Below, piece by piece: positions 20,852 through 31,685 of a DNA stretch of 64,000 nt. How positions within the stretch are numbered: the stretch's first letter is position 1; each line of letters starts with the position of its first letter. Made by a program: the position numbers and the translations under genes. The notes under the pieces are model-generated. The model did not search any database. It worked only from the letters and a program-made list of their open reading frames with translations, and was not told where the DNA came from. This DNA is from a virus (Duplodnaviria; Caudoviricetes), in IMG/VR virus record IMGVR_UViG_3300033463_000051, positions 37,083 through 101,082 of that record. One strand, 5' to 3'.

Positions 20852-21334
20852 TTAACAAATCTTTTCTGCGTACTGATTAGGAGATGCCAGGTATACGCCG
20901 AGCAGGTCGTCGTAATGCTCTTCAGATCCCGGGATGAATCTTCCGAATTTGACAATGATATTTTTGAAACGTGTTTTAATCTCAGAAAGTGTGCCGATTA
21001 TTTCACTTTTGTTGTATCCCGTGTATATGACCACAGGGTCGGAGCACATATACTCATCGCGAAGTTTGGACAGAAACGCTATGAGCTCTTCTTTTTGGTC
21101 AAAGGGTTCGAGTCCTCCGAAGACGATGGCTCGGGTAATCGGATTCTGTATATATTTACGTATTAGGCTGTCGTCCGTGACCGTTAGATGGAGCGCCTTT
21201 TGGAGTCCCCTATTCTGACAGCACATAGTCCCGAAATCTTTCTCACATTTAAAATCACAGAAGGCTGTCGTTATGAACATTGAAGGAAGTTTATAATTTA
21301 CGAAATCCTCAACTACTACACCCTTAATTCTCAT
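20852..21334 (-). CDS. nrdG: Anaerobic RNR activase (radical SAM)
   Basis: CDFKC...C and GGLEPF motifs; adjacent to nrdD. Confidence 0.85.
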   Translation of the reverse strand: MRIKGVVVEDFVNYKLPSMFITTAFCDFKCEKDFGTMCCQNRGLQKALHLTVTDDSLIRKYIQNPITRAIVFGGLEPFDQKEELIAFLSKLRDEYMCSDPVVIYTGYNKSEIIGTLSEIKTRFKNIIVKFGRFIPGSEEHYDDLLGVYLASPNQYAEKIC

Positions 21335-23298
21335 TTCATTACCCCGTCGTTAGCAAGAACATTCATCCACTTACGTTTGTCGAATTCGGTTTTGCGTATC
21401 TTCTGATAACTGCTTGTTGGAGTGTAGAAACCCACCACTCTGGCGTATGTATCGGCTATCGGCTCGCCACACACAGGACAGTGTTGTTCGCTTATGAAGG
21501 CGTGCTTGTTTTTGCAGACGCTGATTTTTGTCGTAAAGGCAAAGTATATAACACCCTGTGACGCAACGTAATTCAGCATATCCCAGGCCGTCTCTTCATT
21601 CGGAAATCTGTTCTCTATATTAATGTGAGCGATACAGCCACCGCCGCACTTCTTGTCAAATAGAGAGCCCAGGCGGCACTTCTCCTGTATGGTGCATTTT
21701 TCCATAAGGGGTATCCACTGGTTTGAGTAGATAAAGTATCTGTTCTGTTCAAAAAGGAGATTGTCGGCTTGACATATGACGCCCGCACAGTTTTCAGCAG
21801 GAATCATCTCTATATTGAACGAGAAGTCACATTCAAAATTGTCTTTGACTTCGTTCATGGCATCGAGGATCTCGGTCGTAAACTCAATGGCTTCGTCAGA
21901 ATAACTCTTACATCCGAGTTCATCGGTGTTTATATATCCGAACAAGTCCATGACTTCGTACATCCCGATTCCGCCGATCGTACAGAACTGTTTGCTCAGC
22001 TCTACGGCTCCATCCTGATAGTTTGGTAACAGCCCCTTCTCAATATTCCGCTGTATGATATGTCTCATCGAAGAGAGGGCTTTGCAGTTAAGCAGGACTC
22101 TTTCCTTCAAAATTTTTATGTATCTAGTCCTGTTGAATTTGCTTTCGTATGCGATTCGCACAAGGTTTATCGTGCTGACTCTACATGAACCTACCGAAAG
22201 GGCCGTGCCGCCTATCGAGTTGATAAAGGCATCCAGTTTCTGCGTGTCGCTCAGGAGGCGGCAGCAGTTGGAGAGAACACCCACGTTATCACTTACGAAG
22301 AAATTACTATCGCTCCATTTCATATTGTGGGTCGAACACCATCTGGCGAATGGTTCATCTACAAACTTGCCGTCTTGATATAAGAGCGAATAGGTCAGTA
22401 CCGGATACGTGAACATATTGGTCTCTCTAATTTCGCTCACGACTTCCATGAATACTTTCTGACACTCTATGAGGTCTTCTATGTGGTCGATGGCAAATGT
22501 CCCATCCGGGAACTCCATACCGCCAAACAGAGACTCCATGTATGGGTGATCAAAGATGCTTATATTTGTGAAGGCGCTTTGGTCAATTCGGAGAAACGGT
22601 TGATTGAGGCGGTATATAAACTTCTGGAATTGCTGTCTCAGATAGTACTCCGGAGATTTCATATAGTATCCACTTTCCACATCTTTCTTCCAGAAGTACC
22701 ATGCCCAGATGATCGCATTGGGCATTCCAACCGCCCCGCTCTGTCTATTAGAAAGGAAGCTTACGAACTCGATAACGTCATCAAAGTACGTAGTAAGGTG
22801 CTTTGGGGCTTCGTTGTTATATCTTTTAAATTCCACTACCTCTCCGTTAGGCATGGTTTTCTTTTCGTTCAAGAAGAAGAGTCCCTCAGTGGCAAGCCTG
22901 GTAAAATCATTAGCCCAACAGTATGGAAAGTAACTGGCGGTCGTACTGTCGTTCAGATAGAAGCCTCTGCTAAACTCCTGCTCAAACCATTGTTTTGCCG
23001 TTCTTAGCCCCCATTGCTTTTTGATCTCCATAAAGATCTTGTTGAGTCCAAACAGTTTGTCTTCGGACTTACCCTTTTCGGTCATAAAACTGCGGATGTC
23101 TTTATGGCTGGCGTTTGCGTTGGGGTCTATGCTTGTATCCGCAAGCGTGGTTTTATCTACAAAGTTATCTATGAATTCAGAAAAGTCGAGTTGACTTGGG
23201 TGGACGCCGTTTATGTACTCAAAATCTTCACCGTACTTCTCCTTCATATCCTCCAGACAGCGCTCAAAGTCTTTCTTGAGTTTAAGTTCAATGTTCAA
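21331..23298 (-). CDS. nrdD: Class III anaerobic ribonucleotide reductase, no ATP cone
   Basis: SNCCRL, IPAEN, C-terminal Zn site (CKNKH...CPVCG) and RVVGF glycyl loop. Confidence 0.92.
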   Translation of the reverse strand: MNIELKLKKDFERCLEDMKEKYGEDFEYINGVHPSQLDFSEFIDNFVDKTTLADTSIDPNANASHKDIRSFMTEKGKSEDKLFGLNKIFMEIKKQWGLRTAKQWFEQEFSRGFYLNDSTTASYFPYCWANDFTRLATEGLFFLNEKKTMPNGEVVEFKRYNNEAPKHLTTYFDDVIEFVSFLSNRQSGAVGMPNAIIWAWYFWKKDVESGYYMKSPEYYLRQQFQKFIYRLNQPFLRIDQSAFTNISIFDHPYMESLFGGMEFPDGTFAIDHIEDLIECQKVFMEVVSEIRETNMFTYPVLTYSLLYQDGKFVDEPFARWCSTHNMKWSDSNFFVSDNVGVLSNCCRLLSDTQKLDAFINSIGGTALSVGSCRVSTINLVRIAYESKFNRTRYIKILKERVLLNCKALSSMRHIIQRNIEKGLLPNYQDGAVELSKQFCTIGGIGMYEVMDLFGYINTDELGCKSYSDEAIEFTTEILDAMNEVKDNFECDFSFNIEMIPAENCAGVICQADNLLFEQNRYFIYSNQWIPLMEKCTIQEKCRLGSLFDKKCGGGCIAHINIENRFPNEETAWDMLNYVASQGVIYFAFTTKISVCKNKHAFISEQHCPVCGEPIADTYARVVGFYTPTSSYQKIRKTEFDKRKWMNVLANDGVMK

Positions 23299-23307
23299 CG
23301 GCGCACC

Positions 23308-23514
23308 TCACTGTTCGTTGACCCACCGTACGGCAGCGACATAGTCCATTATCTCGTCTCCGACTTTCAGACGCGGCACCTCTCTAAACCCCATAGCGAT
23401 AATCTCATCTATTGAAGTTACCTCGGTATACTCTATGGATTTCTCCTCAAGTTTCTTTTTGAGAACATTACATCTTGGACATCCTGTGGAATATAGCGTA
23501 ATAATATTAATCAC
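23308..23514 (-). CDS. Glutaredoxin/NrdH-like protein
   Basis: LYSTGCPRC and VP motifs. Confidence 0.8.
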   Translation of the reverse strand: MINIITLYSTGCPRCNVLKKKLEEKSIEYTEVTSIDEIIAMGFREVPRLKVGDEIMDYVAAVRWVNEQ

Positions 23515-23531
23515 ATCCTTTTTGTTTCTTC

Positions 23532-24077
23532 CTATAGCATATGTACCACGCTATAGATTTCTTTCCAGTTTCGTACGCGTATCATACCGAATGTTTGTGC
23601 GCTTATTTTTCTATTGTGTGGAGCGTCCATCAAAATCTTCTGGTATCTGCCGCCTATTAGATTATGCGGAGCGTCATCTATGAGGACATCTCCTTCGAGC
23701 ATCTGCTTATTATCTGCTATGATGACGTGCTCCCAGTCTATTACGGGGAAGAGCTCGAATAACCTTTCCGCTTTTCGCTTTATTGACCGGTAATCAGATG
23801 CGGTTACAACGTAGATGTTATATCCTTCGCACCACAGTTTGTTTATCACATCCTGTGAGTCGGGCAACGGTCTTATTTTTTCCCATATCTCGCCACATAA
23901 TAGCGGCCGATATACACTCCTAGCCGACAATGTCGGAAACGCGGTTTTTATATCCCAATCGCGTATGTCCTCTTTTCTGACTGTCAGCTTGTAGTCGCGG
24001 TTTAGTATAGACACCCATGCATCAAGCGTTGTAACTAGCGTGTCATCCATGTCTATAAGCAGCGTCATTCTGTTCAT
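23532..24077 (-). CDS. 5'(3')-deoxyribonucleotidase (HAD, NT5C-like)
   Basis: IDMDDTL, LIDDAPHN, PHN motifs. Confidence 0.85.
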   Translation of the reverse strand: MNRMTLLIDMDDTLVTTLDAWVSILNRDYKLTVRKEDIRDWDIKTAFPTLSARSVYRPLLCGEIWEKIRPLPDSQDVINKLWCEGYNIYVVTASDYRSIKRKAERLFELFPVIDWEHVIIADNKQMLEGDVLIDDAPHNLIGGRYQKILMDAPHNRKISAQTFGMIRVRNWKEIYSVVHML

Positions 24078-24793
24078 GATGCTGCCTCCGTGTAGTCGTC
24101 CGCATGCTGGCTTATCCACCCCCTGTGGTTATGTGTCAGTTCACAGAAAGCGGCCCGTTCGCATGAGCGAAAGTGCTCTATGTATTTAACGAATCCACTG
24201 GCGGTAGCATCGTCAAGGTCACATTGGAATTCGTGGCCAATAACAACGACTTTTGAGTCATCTCCTATGCGTGTCAGCACTTTCTTGAGTTGCTGTACGG
24301 AATAGTTTTGACTTTCATCAACGATCACAACGGCGTTGTTCAAATTAGTACCTCTCAGGAATGTATCGGTTATACAGGTGATGTATCCCGTGCCGTTCTT
24401 TTGATTTGCCATTGACTCCGTATTTATAGAAGTGTGGATATTTACATTACAGTTTGTCAGAGCCTGATAAAAAGCCTCAAAATATACGGATGACTTTTCC
24501 GTGATGGTACCAGGGAGCCAGCCCTGTTTTCTCTCGCCATAGGGCGACATTATATAAACGATGCTGTCGTATAGTCCGTACTGGACGAGAAGGTTGGCGA
24601 CTCCCGTGGCGACCGTGGTCTTCCCTGTTCCGGCTTTTGAGTTGCAGAAGATAATGTCGTAATCTTTGCTCCATATAGCATTTGCGAATTCTAATTGTTC
24701 TTCATCGAGGGTCATCCCGTAGAACATATCGGGATATATCTTTGAAGGGATTTCGGCAGACTGCTCAGATGCTGGTTTTTTCTTGGTAGCCAT
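24074..24793 (-). CDS. phoH: PhoH-like ATPase
   Basis: AGTGKT, FLRGTNL, IVDESQN, LTRIG, VIGH..QCD motifs. Confidence 0.9.
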   Translation of the reverse strand: MATKKKPASEQSAEIPSKIYPDMFYGMTLDEEQLEFANAIWSKDYDIIFCNSKAGTGKTTVATGVANLLVQYGLYDSIVYIMSPYGERKQGWLPGTITEKSSVYFEAFYQALTNCNVNIHTSINTESMANQKNGTGYITCITDTFLRGTNLNNAVVIVDESQNYSVQQLKKVLTRIGDDSKVVVIGHEFQCDLDDATASGFVKYIEHFRSCERAAFCELTHNHRGWISQHADDYTEAAS

Positions 24794-24804
24794 AGCCGCC
24801 CTCC

Positions 24805-25446
24805 TTATATCACCTCGTCAAGTTCGCAGTCTTTACCGACTATATAATCTACAAATCCCTTTTCTTTCGCTTCATCGGCAAACATATACCATTCAACACG
24901 ACGTTTGCCATCATATTCTTTACTGGTAAGTTTGCTTCTCGAGAGGACGTATTGCTTTATTCTGTCCTCAATCTTCTTCTGGAATTCCATTTGATCCTGG
25001 GCTTTAGCGCCGGAGTTGTACACGAAATTACTACCATCGTGCATAAGGAATTTAGCATTTTCAGTAGCATATCTCTTATGGCCGGCAAGTCCTATAAGGA
25101 ATCCCATGCTGTACTGATACCCGAGATTTACTGTGTACACGGGCGTCTTACTTTGAAGAATAACGTCGATAAGTTCGAATCCGACATCGACATCTCCGCC
25201 GTTGGATGTGATATATAAAAGGATGGGTTGCCGCTCTTCGCTTTTTATGCCGTCATCTTCGGTGTTGTACTGAAGAATGTGCTTAACGACATCCCCGATG
25301 CTATACAGGTCGATATCGGCATTGATGAATAATTTTCTTTGTTTAAGGTCTTTGAGATAGAAAAGTTCCTCTACGAGTCCAGACTCTGCAAGTGCTTTTT
25401 CTACATCGATCTCTATATCATAGTAATCTGTCTTTTTCGTTCTCAT
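24805..25446 (-). CDS. ClpP-like serine protease
   Basis: YITSNGGDV, YSMG (Ser), FLMHDG (His), EAKEKGFVD. Confidence 0.85.
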   Translation of the reverse strand: MRTKKTDYYDIEIDVEKALAESGLVEELFYLKDLKQRKLFINADIDLYSIGDVVKHILQYNTEDDGIKSEERQPILLYITSNGGDVDVGFELIDVILQSKTPVYTVNLGYQYSMGFLIGLAGHKRYATENAKFLMHDGSNFVYNSGAKAQDQMEFQKKIEDRIKQYVLSRSKLTSKEYDGKRRVEWYMFADEAKEKGFVDYIVGKDCELDEVI

Positions 25447-25972
25447 ACACGTACTCCTCAATCCAGTCTTTTATTAACGCACCAAGCGTGGGAAGGTCGT
25501 CAGAATTATAAATTGTATAATTGGCAGGATAATCATCCAGTGCTGTTTCCGATGCGTGTGCTTGCTGTTCGGATGTCAGCGGGGTATTGAACGCGGGGCG
25601 TATCACCCTAAAATGTGTAACGTCAAAACCCGCAGATATCAGGTTATCTATTTCGTTCGGGAATCTTGCGTCGGGGATGATGACATAGTCCCATGAATCA
25701 CCAAACAGTTTCAGAATAGCAATTATAAAGTTGACCCAGAAATTGGGTATCAGACTTCTGACCACATCTGTGCCAACATATTGCAGAAGGTGTCTGCCGT
25801 TTTCGTCCTTTTCCCCATCCCAGTTGAAATAAGCCTTACATATATATTTAAGAAGGTCTGCGTAATGTGTAATGATTACGCTGTCTCCGTGTTCCCTCAT
25901 ATTATCTGCCATCATTCTGGCTACCGTGTCCTTACCGTGTTGGGCGCGTCCAGAAATTACGAATACTTTCAA
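25418..25972 (-). CDS. Deoxynucleoside monophosphate kinase
   Basis: ISGRAQHGKDT, RHLLQYVGTD, DARFPNE, HASE motifs. Confidence 0.85.
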   Translation of the reverse strand: MKVFVISGRAQHGKDTVARMMADNMREHGDSVIITHYADLLKYICKAYFNWDGEKDENGRHLLQYVGTDVVRSLIPNFWVNFIIAILKLFGDSWDYVIIPDARFPNEIDNLISAGFDVTHFRVIRPAFNTPLTSEQQAHASETALDDYPANYTIYNSDDLPTLGALIKDWIEEYVYENEKDRLL

Positions 25973-26412
25973 CTATATATCCTTTCTGCGTTTACAGTGG
26001 ACGGGCTCAGATATTCCTGAAAACTGATTACCGCCTGTTGCAAACTAATGTCTTGTGTGGTGGTTCTCCATCCGAGTCTCCGACCGTAATATATCTCTCT
26101 GACTTTGCATCGTGCGGCCACTACGGGATCTTCTGAGCTGTCCACAAAATGGTCACATACGAACGCTACCGCCTCCTTGCCCGCTCTGGCAAAATCATCC
26201 ACCATTCTCTGAAGCGCAAGTCTTTGCCCCAAAGGAAATTCGGCTGTGTGGTATTTGATCTCAAAGATTATGTACTCGGAGTCTTTGTATTCTATAATGC
26301 CGTCTATGTCTGTCGGGTAGATTCCGTCTCCGAGCTCAAGCCCCTTGAAATCCACTAGTTGTTTCATGCCTCGTGGATTGTTAATCCGGCTCTCTGTCAT
26401 AGAACACCTCAT
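25969..26412 (-). CDS. Hypothetical protein, possible PD-(D/E)XK fold
   Basis: PTDIDG...FEIK pattern. Confidence 0.4.
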   Translation of the reverse strand: MRCSMTESRINNPRGMKQLVDFKGLELGDGIYPTDIDGIIEYKDSEYIIFEIKYHTAEFPLGQRLALQRMVDDFARAGKEAVAFVCDHFVDSSEDPVVAARCKVREIYYGRRLGWRTTTQDISLQQAVISFQEYLSPSTVNAERIYS

Positions 26413-26889
26413 CGTTCAGAAAGGTTTCAAATACGGGGTTTATCTTGCACGACTCTATAAACTTGTCCATACACCCACAGCACAGGTCTATGGATATGTA
26501 GTCGCCATCATATTTGCTGCCAAAGTTTACGTATCTTTTAAAGCCATACTCGCCGATATAGTCGCACATATCGAATTCTTTCCCGCACATATTGCAGATT
26601 TTCATTATTGTTGGTTTGCCTCCAAACTCATGTATTTTCCCACCATCCGACCGACTCTTCTCCCGTAACGCTATTTCTTAGTATCTGCACGGTGCAGTTC
26701 GGATGTATTTCCTCTTCGTCATAAATACTGATGCTGTTAACCGTTACTATTTGATATGGAAGTCCGTCGGACTTGTCTGCTGTTTTATAACGCACATCAT
26801 GACGGTACCCAGGGCATGTTTCGGCAATCGGGCACCCGCCGGATGTTTGTTCCGGCGCAAATGGGCATCCTCCGACGGCTCCGCATATT

Positions 26890-27333
26890 TTACTCATGTT
26901 CACCACCTCTAAATTGATCTAAAAATTCATCGAGAGCGCTATCTTCTGTGTCGTCGCTATTCACGCTTGTTGTGCTAAGATAAAGTTCGGTCAAATTTGG
27001 AATATACAACTCCATGTTGGGTTTCTGGTATACGGTGTGGCCAGATGGTTCTGAGATTGCAAACATGACCCCAACGCCTTCCGGTAATCTTTTCGTTAGG
27101 TATATCTGGCCGCGAGACGGAAAGTTGACCCTAATTGATTCCGGTGATACATATTCAATATTGCTAATACTGAACACCCTCGGCCAGTTATCGAAACTTA
27201 TTTCCATGCATAATATTTGCGCAAAATCGTTTCTCTCCAGTTCTGAGTTGAAGTAGATCGCTCCCATGAATTGGGATTCGGTTTCTGCTAACCTGAACAT
27301 TTCCGCCAACTTATCGATCGTAAAAAGTTCCAT
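26890..27333 (-). CDS. Hypothetical protein
   Basis: ORF with SD; C-terminal LDEFLDQF. Confidence 0.55.
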   Translation of the reverse strand: MELFTIDKLAEMFRLAETESQFMGAIYFNSELERNDFAQILCMEISFDNWPRVFSISNIEYVSPESIRVNFPSRGQIYLTKRLPEGVGVMFAISEPSGHTVYQKPNMELYIPNLTELYLSTTSVNSDDTEDSALDEFLDQFRGGEHE

Positions 27334-27341
27334 AGCGCCTC

Positions 27342-29306
27342 CTAGTAGATTTTTTCGTATCCCGTCATCGTATAGTACTTGCCGTTCTGCTCATAGCCTG
27401 TGCAACGGATAATGTCGTTTTTATGAATCGGGGTCTTGTCATAAAGTCTGTTGAATATGGTGAAGCGCGACTCCTTCCCGCTGCCAATGGACTTTGTTAT
27501 GATGCTGTATCCAAACTGCTTCCCGTCCTTTTTGCGCTTCTGCGGGTAAATGTCAAGAATATACAATTTACGCCTGTCCTCCTGCTTGCCGGAGACATAT
27601 CCGACATATCCCATCACGTCCACAAAATTCCTGACTTTTGTGATATCCGGAAGGTCTTCCATATGCACAGCCTTTATCGCATCTTCTGTTTCGTGGAGTA
27701 TTGATGTTACATCTAGCAGTGTGTAACTTTTTGCTACCCCTCCCGCCTTTGTAACACCGATAGCGTACTTTGTGATGATAGGTTCAAGCGGAGTACCGTC
27801 CACCTTATCCTTGCTGATTTTCTTGGCTTCGCCTTTCTTGAAGAAGTCGTAGAACATTTCCGTAATACGCAGCAGTTCTCTTTGATTGCCGAAGTCCGAG
27901 AAAAAGTCCAGTTTTATAAGGATGTCGAGTTGCCGTGTATTTACAGAGGTCTTTTGGTCTATATCAAATAGTACGTCTACAAACCTCTTGTATTCTCTTC
28001 CGTGTGCGAGTTTGTAGAGTTCTTCTGCGACACTTGCGTTCATATATTTAATAGATGTAACGCCTTTCGCTATAATATTGCGTTCCTTGTCGTAGAAATA
28101 CTCACCTCTGGAAAGCCCCCACTTGGGCATCGTGACCTTGATCCCAACGCTATGAGCATATTCGGTGCCATTCCTTATATCGTCTTCATTGGCCGCATTG
28201 TTCAGGAACGATGTGATGAACTCTATCGGATGATAGTACCTAAAGTACGCACAGAGATAACCGAGCAGGCAGTATGCTATTGAATGGTTATAGCCAAACT
28301 GGTAGTTGGCGCTGTCCTCTATGATTTGGAGAAACTCCCTGGCTTCTTTTTCGGCCTCTTCCCTTGGCTGCGGAGACTTTTTACAGTACCCCTCAAGTAT
28401 GGACGGCATGGCAGCATCCAGTCTGTCTTTTTGCTTTCTGCCTATTGCTCGCCGGATGTTATCCGCTTCACTCCCCGAAAGCCCGCATATCTGCTGAAGA
28501 AATTTGATGGTGTCCTCCTGGTAGATAAGATATCCGAGGTTGTCCTTCAGCAGTTCGTCTATTATTTCTGAAGGGTTCGTGTGCGGGATTCTTGCAAGCA
28601 GTTCATCTCTATAGGACGTTCCCGACGGGCGTATACATGCGGTTACGATAGACATGTCAAAGATGTTCTTGGGCTTGAACTTTCTTAAACTGTCATAAGC
28701 AAAATTTCCTTCAAACTGGAATATAGCCGCAGGACTTTTGACCATGTCCGCCCAGACATCCGGATCACTCCAGTTGATTTCGTGTGTTTTCGGATATGGC
28801 TGTCCGAGATAAACGCACGTATCACGGATTACTTGAACCGTTTTAAGAACGAGGAAGTCGTATTTGGCGAGGCCCGTGTAATCGTGGATGTTTTCCATGT
28901 CCAGCATTAGGCAGTTTTCGCCGTCTTTATCAAATGTGCCGAAATTATCCTGTAGTGTGATTGGGCTTATCACCATACCCGCAGGATGTACGGATTGAGA
29001 TATCTTTGTGTCGTACAGTCCGTCAAAGTAATAGAACAATTTCGGGTATTTTGTTTTAGTTTTTTCGGGTTCTTCATCAAACTCGGCTTTGATTCGTGCG
29101 ATATTCGGAAGACTCCACGGATTTTCTCCGCCTCCGGGATGAGTCTCTGACCACTTGATTGCCAAAGCCCTCCCAATATCATCTATCGCGCCTTTGGCTT
29201 GCATGGTTCCAAAAGAGGCGACCCTGGCGGTTTTATCTATACCAAATCTTTCAGTGATGTATTTAAATATTGCGGGGCGGTCTGATTCAATGCAATCTAC
29301 GTCGAT
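27342..29306 (-). CDS. dnaE: DNA polymerase III alpha-like, exon 2
   Basis: Frame resumes IDVDCIESDR at 29306. Contains SVHPAG, KYDFLVL, IFQF, YQE, YQFGYNHSIAY. Confidence 0.9.
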   Translation of the reverse strand: MDVDCIESDRPAIFKYITERFGIDKTARVASFGTMQAKGAIDDIGRALAIKWSETHPGGGENPWSLPNIARIKAEFDEEPEKTKTKYPKLFYYFDGLYDTKISQSVHPAGMVISPITLQDNFGTFDKDGENCLMLDMENIHDYTGLAKYDFLVLKTVQVIRDTCVYLGQPYPKTHEINWSDPDVWADMVKSPAAIFQFEGNFAYDSLRKFKPKNIFDMSIVTACIRPSGTSYRDELLARIPHTNPSEIIDELLKDNLGYLIYQEDTIKFLQQICGLSGSEADNIRRAIGRKQKDRLDAAMPSILEGYCKKSPQPREEAEKEAREFLQIIEDSANYQFGYNHSIAYCLLGYLCAYFRYYHPIEFITSFLNNAANEDDIRNGTEYAHSVGIKVTMPKWGLSRGEYFYDKERNIIAKGVTSIKYMNASVAEELYKLAHGREYKRFVDVLFDIDQKTSVNTRQLDILIKLDFFSDFGNQRELLRITEMFYDFFKKGEAKKISKDKVDGTPLEPIITKYAIGVTKAGGVAKSYTLLDVTSILHETEDAIKAVHMEDLPDITKVRNFVDVMGYVGYVSGKQEDRRKLYILDIYPQKRKKDGKQFGYSIITKSIGSGKESRFTIFNRLYDKTPIHKNDIIRCTGYEQNGKYYTMTGYEKIY

Positions 29307-30162
29307 CCTTTGTACCCTCGGTTTCCCGATATTTATTAGGGGAGTAGACTATATCTTCACCCATATTTACTATGGGGGCTGGCGCTTCACCCGAAGGGCT
29401 TTCACCTCCGGATTACTCCTTTCGGATAGTCGTTACAGTTTCCAATCTATTCCCTATACTCTTTCAATTCTGTATCCCCTACTCCTCCGTTTTTTATATA
29501 AAAATGAAGGAGAGGTGTCCAACATATTGTTGGCTATGTAGCGTTTTATTTCCGGAAACCCTATGAACTCCCCTAATACATTTCCCTCGGGGTCAATTAG
29601 CCTCCATGCATAGTAGTTTCTTGTTTGGGTTATACCGGATGTAATATACGACTTGCGAACATTTTCTTGCGTTGTAATCCACTCAAGGTTTTGGGCGTTA
29701 TTGTTGCGATTGTTGCCATCTATGTGGTTTACTACAGCGCCATCAAAATAACCCGGAACAAAGTTCTCTGCCACCAACCTGTGTATGGACTTTGTAAACT
29801 GACCGTCGTCATTACACAAGATGATATTTAAATACTTCGCGGGATTGCCCGGATTTTTTGGCGTAAGTTTGTGCAAGTGGGGTTCTGTTTCATAACCCCT
29901 TAAACGCTTTGAGTATATTTCTCCACTGTCTGTGATGTAGTAATCTGGGAAATTATCTATTTGTTTGTATCTTCCTTTAATATCAGAAAAGTCCATGTGT
30001 CACCTCCGATATTGCGGGAAATAGATTGGCTTACCACGGTATTCCCATACGCTGTGCGATTAGGGTTCACCGTTAGCAGCATTATTTTATTGCCACACCC
30101 TATAATTATAGGTTCACCAGCTTTTTATCAGTGTGTTGCCACACAGGGAGACCATATTATTA
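29307..30162 (-). mobile_element. Group I intron in dnaE carrying an HNH homing endonuclease gene
   Basis: Exon 1 ends GGAGAU, pairing with GUCUCC (P1, U-G at splice site). Intron ends in G. P7 GACUA/UAGUC with S element AAGAUAUAGUCU. Splicing restores G-D-I-D-V-D. Confidence 0.9.
29454..29996 (-). CDS. Intron-encoded HNH homing endonuclease (NUMOD4-HNH type)
   Basis: IHRLVAENF...VNHIDGNNRNNNAQNLEW. Confidence 0.9.
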   Translation of the reverse strand: MDFSDIKGRYKQIDNFPDYYITDSGEIYSKRLRGYETEPHLHKLTPKNPGNPAKYLNIILCNDDGQFTKSIHRLVAENFVPGYFDGAVVNHIDGNNRNNNAQNLEWITTQENVRKSYITSGITQTRNYYAWRLIDPEGNVLGEFIGFPEIKRYIANNMLDTSPSFLYKKRRSRGYRIERV

Positions 30163-31317
30163 ATCTCCAATCTCTTCCCTGTCCTCGTTGCAGAATCTGG
30201 AAAACACCGTATGCCACGTTTCGGGGTTGAGGTCTATTATGTCGGTGACATACGCCACGCGTGACCCGCCAACGGAACCTCTGGCGGTTCCTATGGCCAT
30301 CCCATGTTCTTTGCACCAACTTATAAGTTCGCTCATACTGAGCATGAAGCCATCCATCTGAAGTTTCTTGAAAACCCGCATTTCTTCGTTTATAGCACTT
30401 CTGAATTCCTCTTCTTGTTCATGCGGGATGACACCGGTCTCAAGTTTCTGTTTAAACTTGTTTTCTACGGTCTCAACAAACTTTTGGGAGTCGGCTTCTC
30501 TTGAGCCGTAAAGAATAGGATATTTAATCGAGGTATCCAATTCTATCTCTTCCGTCATATCAAACAGGCTATTGGTGTTTTCTATGGCCTCTAAGTATTC
30601 CGACTCGGGGATTGCGTTCTGTACTCTGAACATATGTTTGAGTTCGTCGTAAGTTTTATATGTAAGGTCGAACGAATCCTCATCGCCATATGTCTTGTGT
30701 TTTGAAGATAACAGTATCGCTCTGCACTCGGCTTTGTACTGAGATGAATTATGCGTGTCGGTGCCGGCTATAAGAGGTTTCCCTAACTTTTTGGATAGGT
30801 CAAGCAACCTCCTGTTGAATTCGATCTGCTCCGGATGTTGGTGTGCCTGGATCTCTAAGAAGTTGTATTTTCTGGCCAACTCCAAGTATCTTGGGTGGTC
30901 GTTTGGTAATTTATTTAATGGAGATGCCAGACACGCGCTTGTTGATATGATGTTGTCCGATATTCTTAAAAACTCGTCAAAACTTATACGGTTCGTGTAG
31001 TAAAAGTGGTCTTTATCGCACGACTTGCTTATAAGTTCGTTTAATTCTCTTAGTCCGTCCATGTTTCGTGCCATGAGGACTGTGTGATAGTTGTCGCGAA
31101 CCCTTTCCTCAAGAGACTCTGTAAGGTATATCTCCACGGAGTGAATGTACTTTAGTCCCGCTTTTTTACAAGCTGCCCACTTTTCTGTCCAGTTTAACGG
31201 CTTGCCGTGTTCCGAAAACGAAATGGCTCTCTGACTGTTTGCGGTAGCCAAGTCTATATACTCATTAAACTTGGTACAGGAGTCTAATAGGCTGTATTCC
31301 GTGTGACAGTGGTACAT
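30163..31317 (-). CDS. dnaE: DNA polymerase III alpha-like, exon 1 (PHP domain)
   Basis: HCHTEYSLLDS, SEHG, TDTH, ARGSVGGS, FSRF...GD. Confidence 0.9.
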
Positions 31318-31328
31318 TATATAGTTGT

Positions 31329-31685
31329 CTATGTCGTACCACCCCTGTTAAAACTATTGAGAAACTCGTCAAGTTCCGGCGACTCAGCGCATTCCTGCTC
31401 AATATCAGTACTTTCTTCTCTGGGAGGAGGAGCGGTCGTTACAGTTCTGTTCCCAGTAAGTATTCTAATAACGGAATCTGGCAGGGTTAGGGGTGTCGGT
31501 GTATAGTGTGTTACTGGCTGAGTGAATGTATACAGAGGAGTCCTATGTGCATTGACCGCCGTCCACTCTCTATCTGTATAAAGAGAAGACGATGCTGTCC
31601 GGGAGTGATACCACTCGCTAATCAACTCTTTTGCCTTCTGCTCGTCTCTATCTAAGACCAATCTTGTGCTTGTATAATTCTGCAA
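31329..31685 (-). CDS. Hypothetical protein
   Basis: ORF between primase and dnaE; C-terminal LDEFLNSF. Confidence 0.5.
   Translation of the reverse strand: MQNYTSTRLVLDRDEQKAKELISEWYHSRTASSSLYTDREWTAVNAHRTPLYTFTQPVTHYTPTPLTLPDSVIRILTGNRTVTTAPPPREESTDIEQECAESPELDEFLNSFNRGGTT

Noticed and set aside
29307-30162. dnaE as a pseudogene, intein-split gene or two genes
   Set aside because: The stop codon is inside the insertion, group I P1/P7 and terminal G are present, and precise removal restores the frame and catalytic motif.
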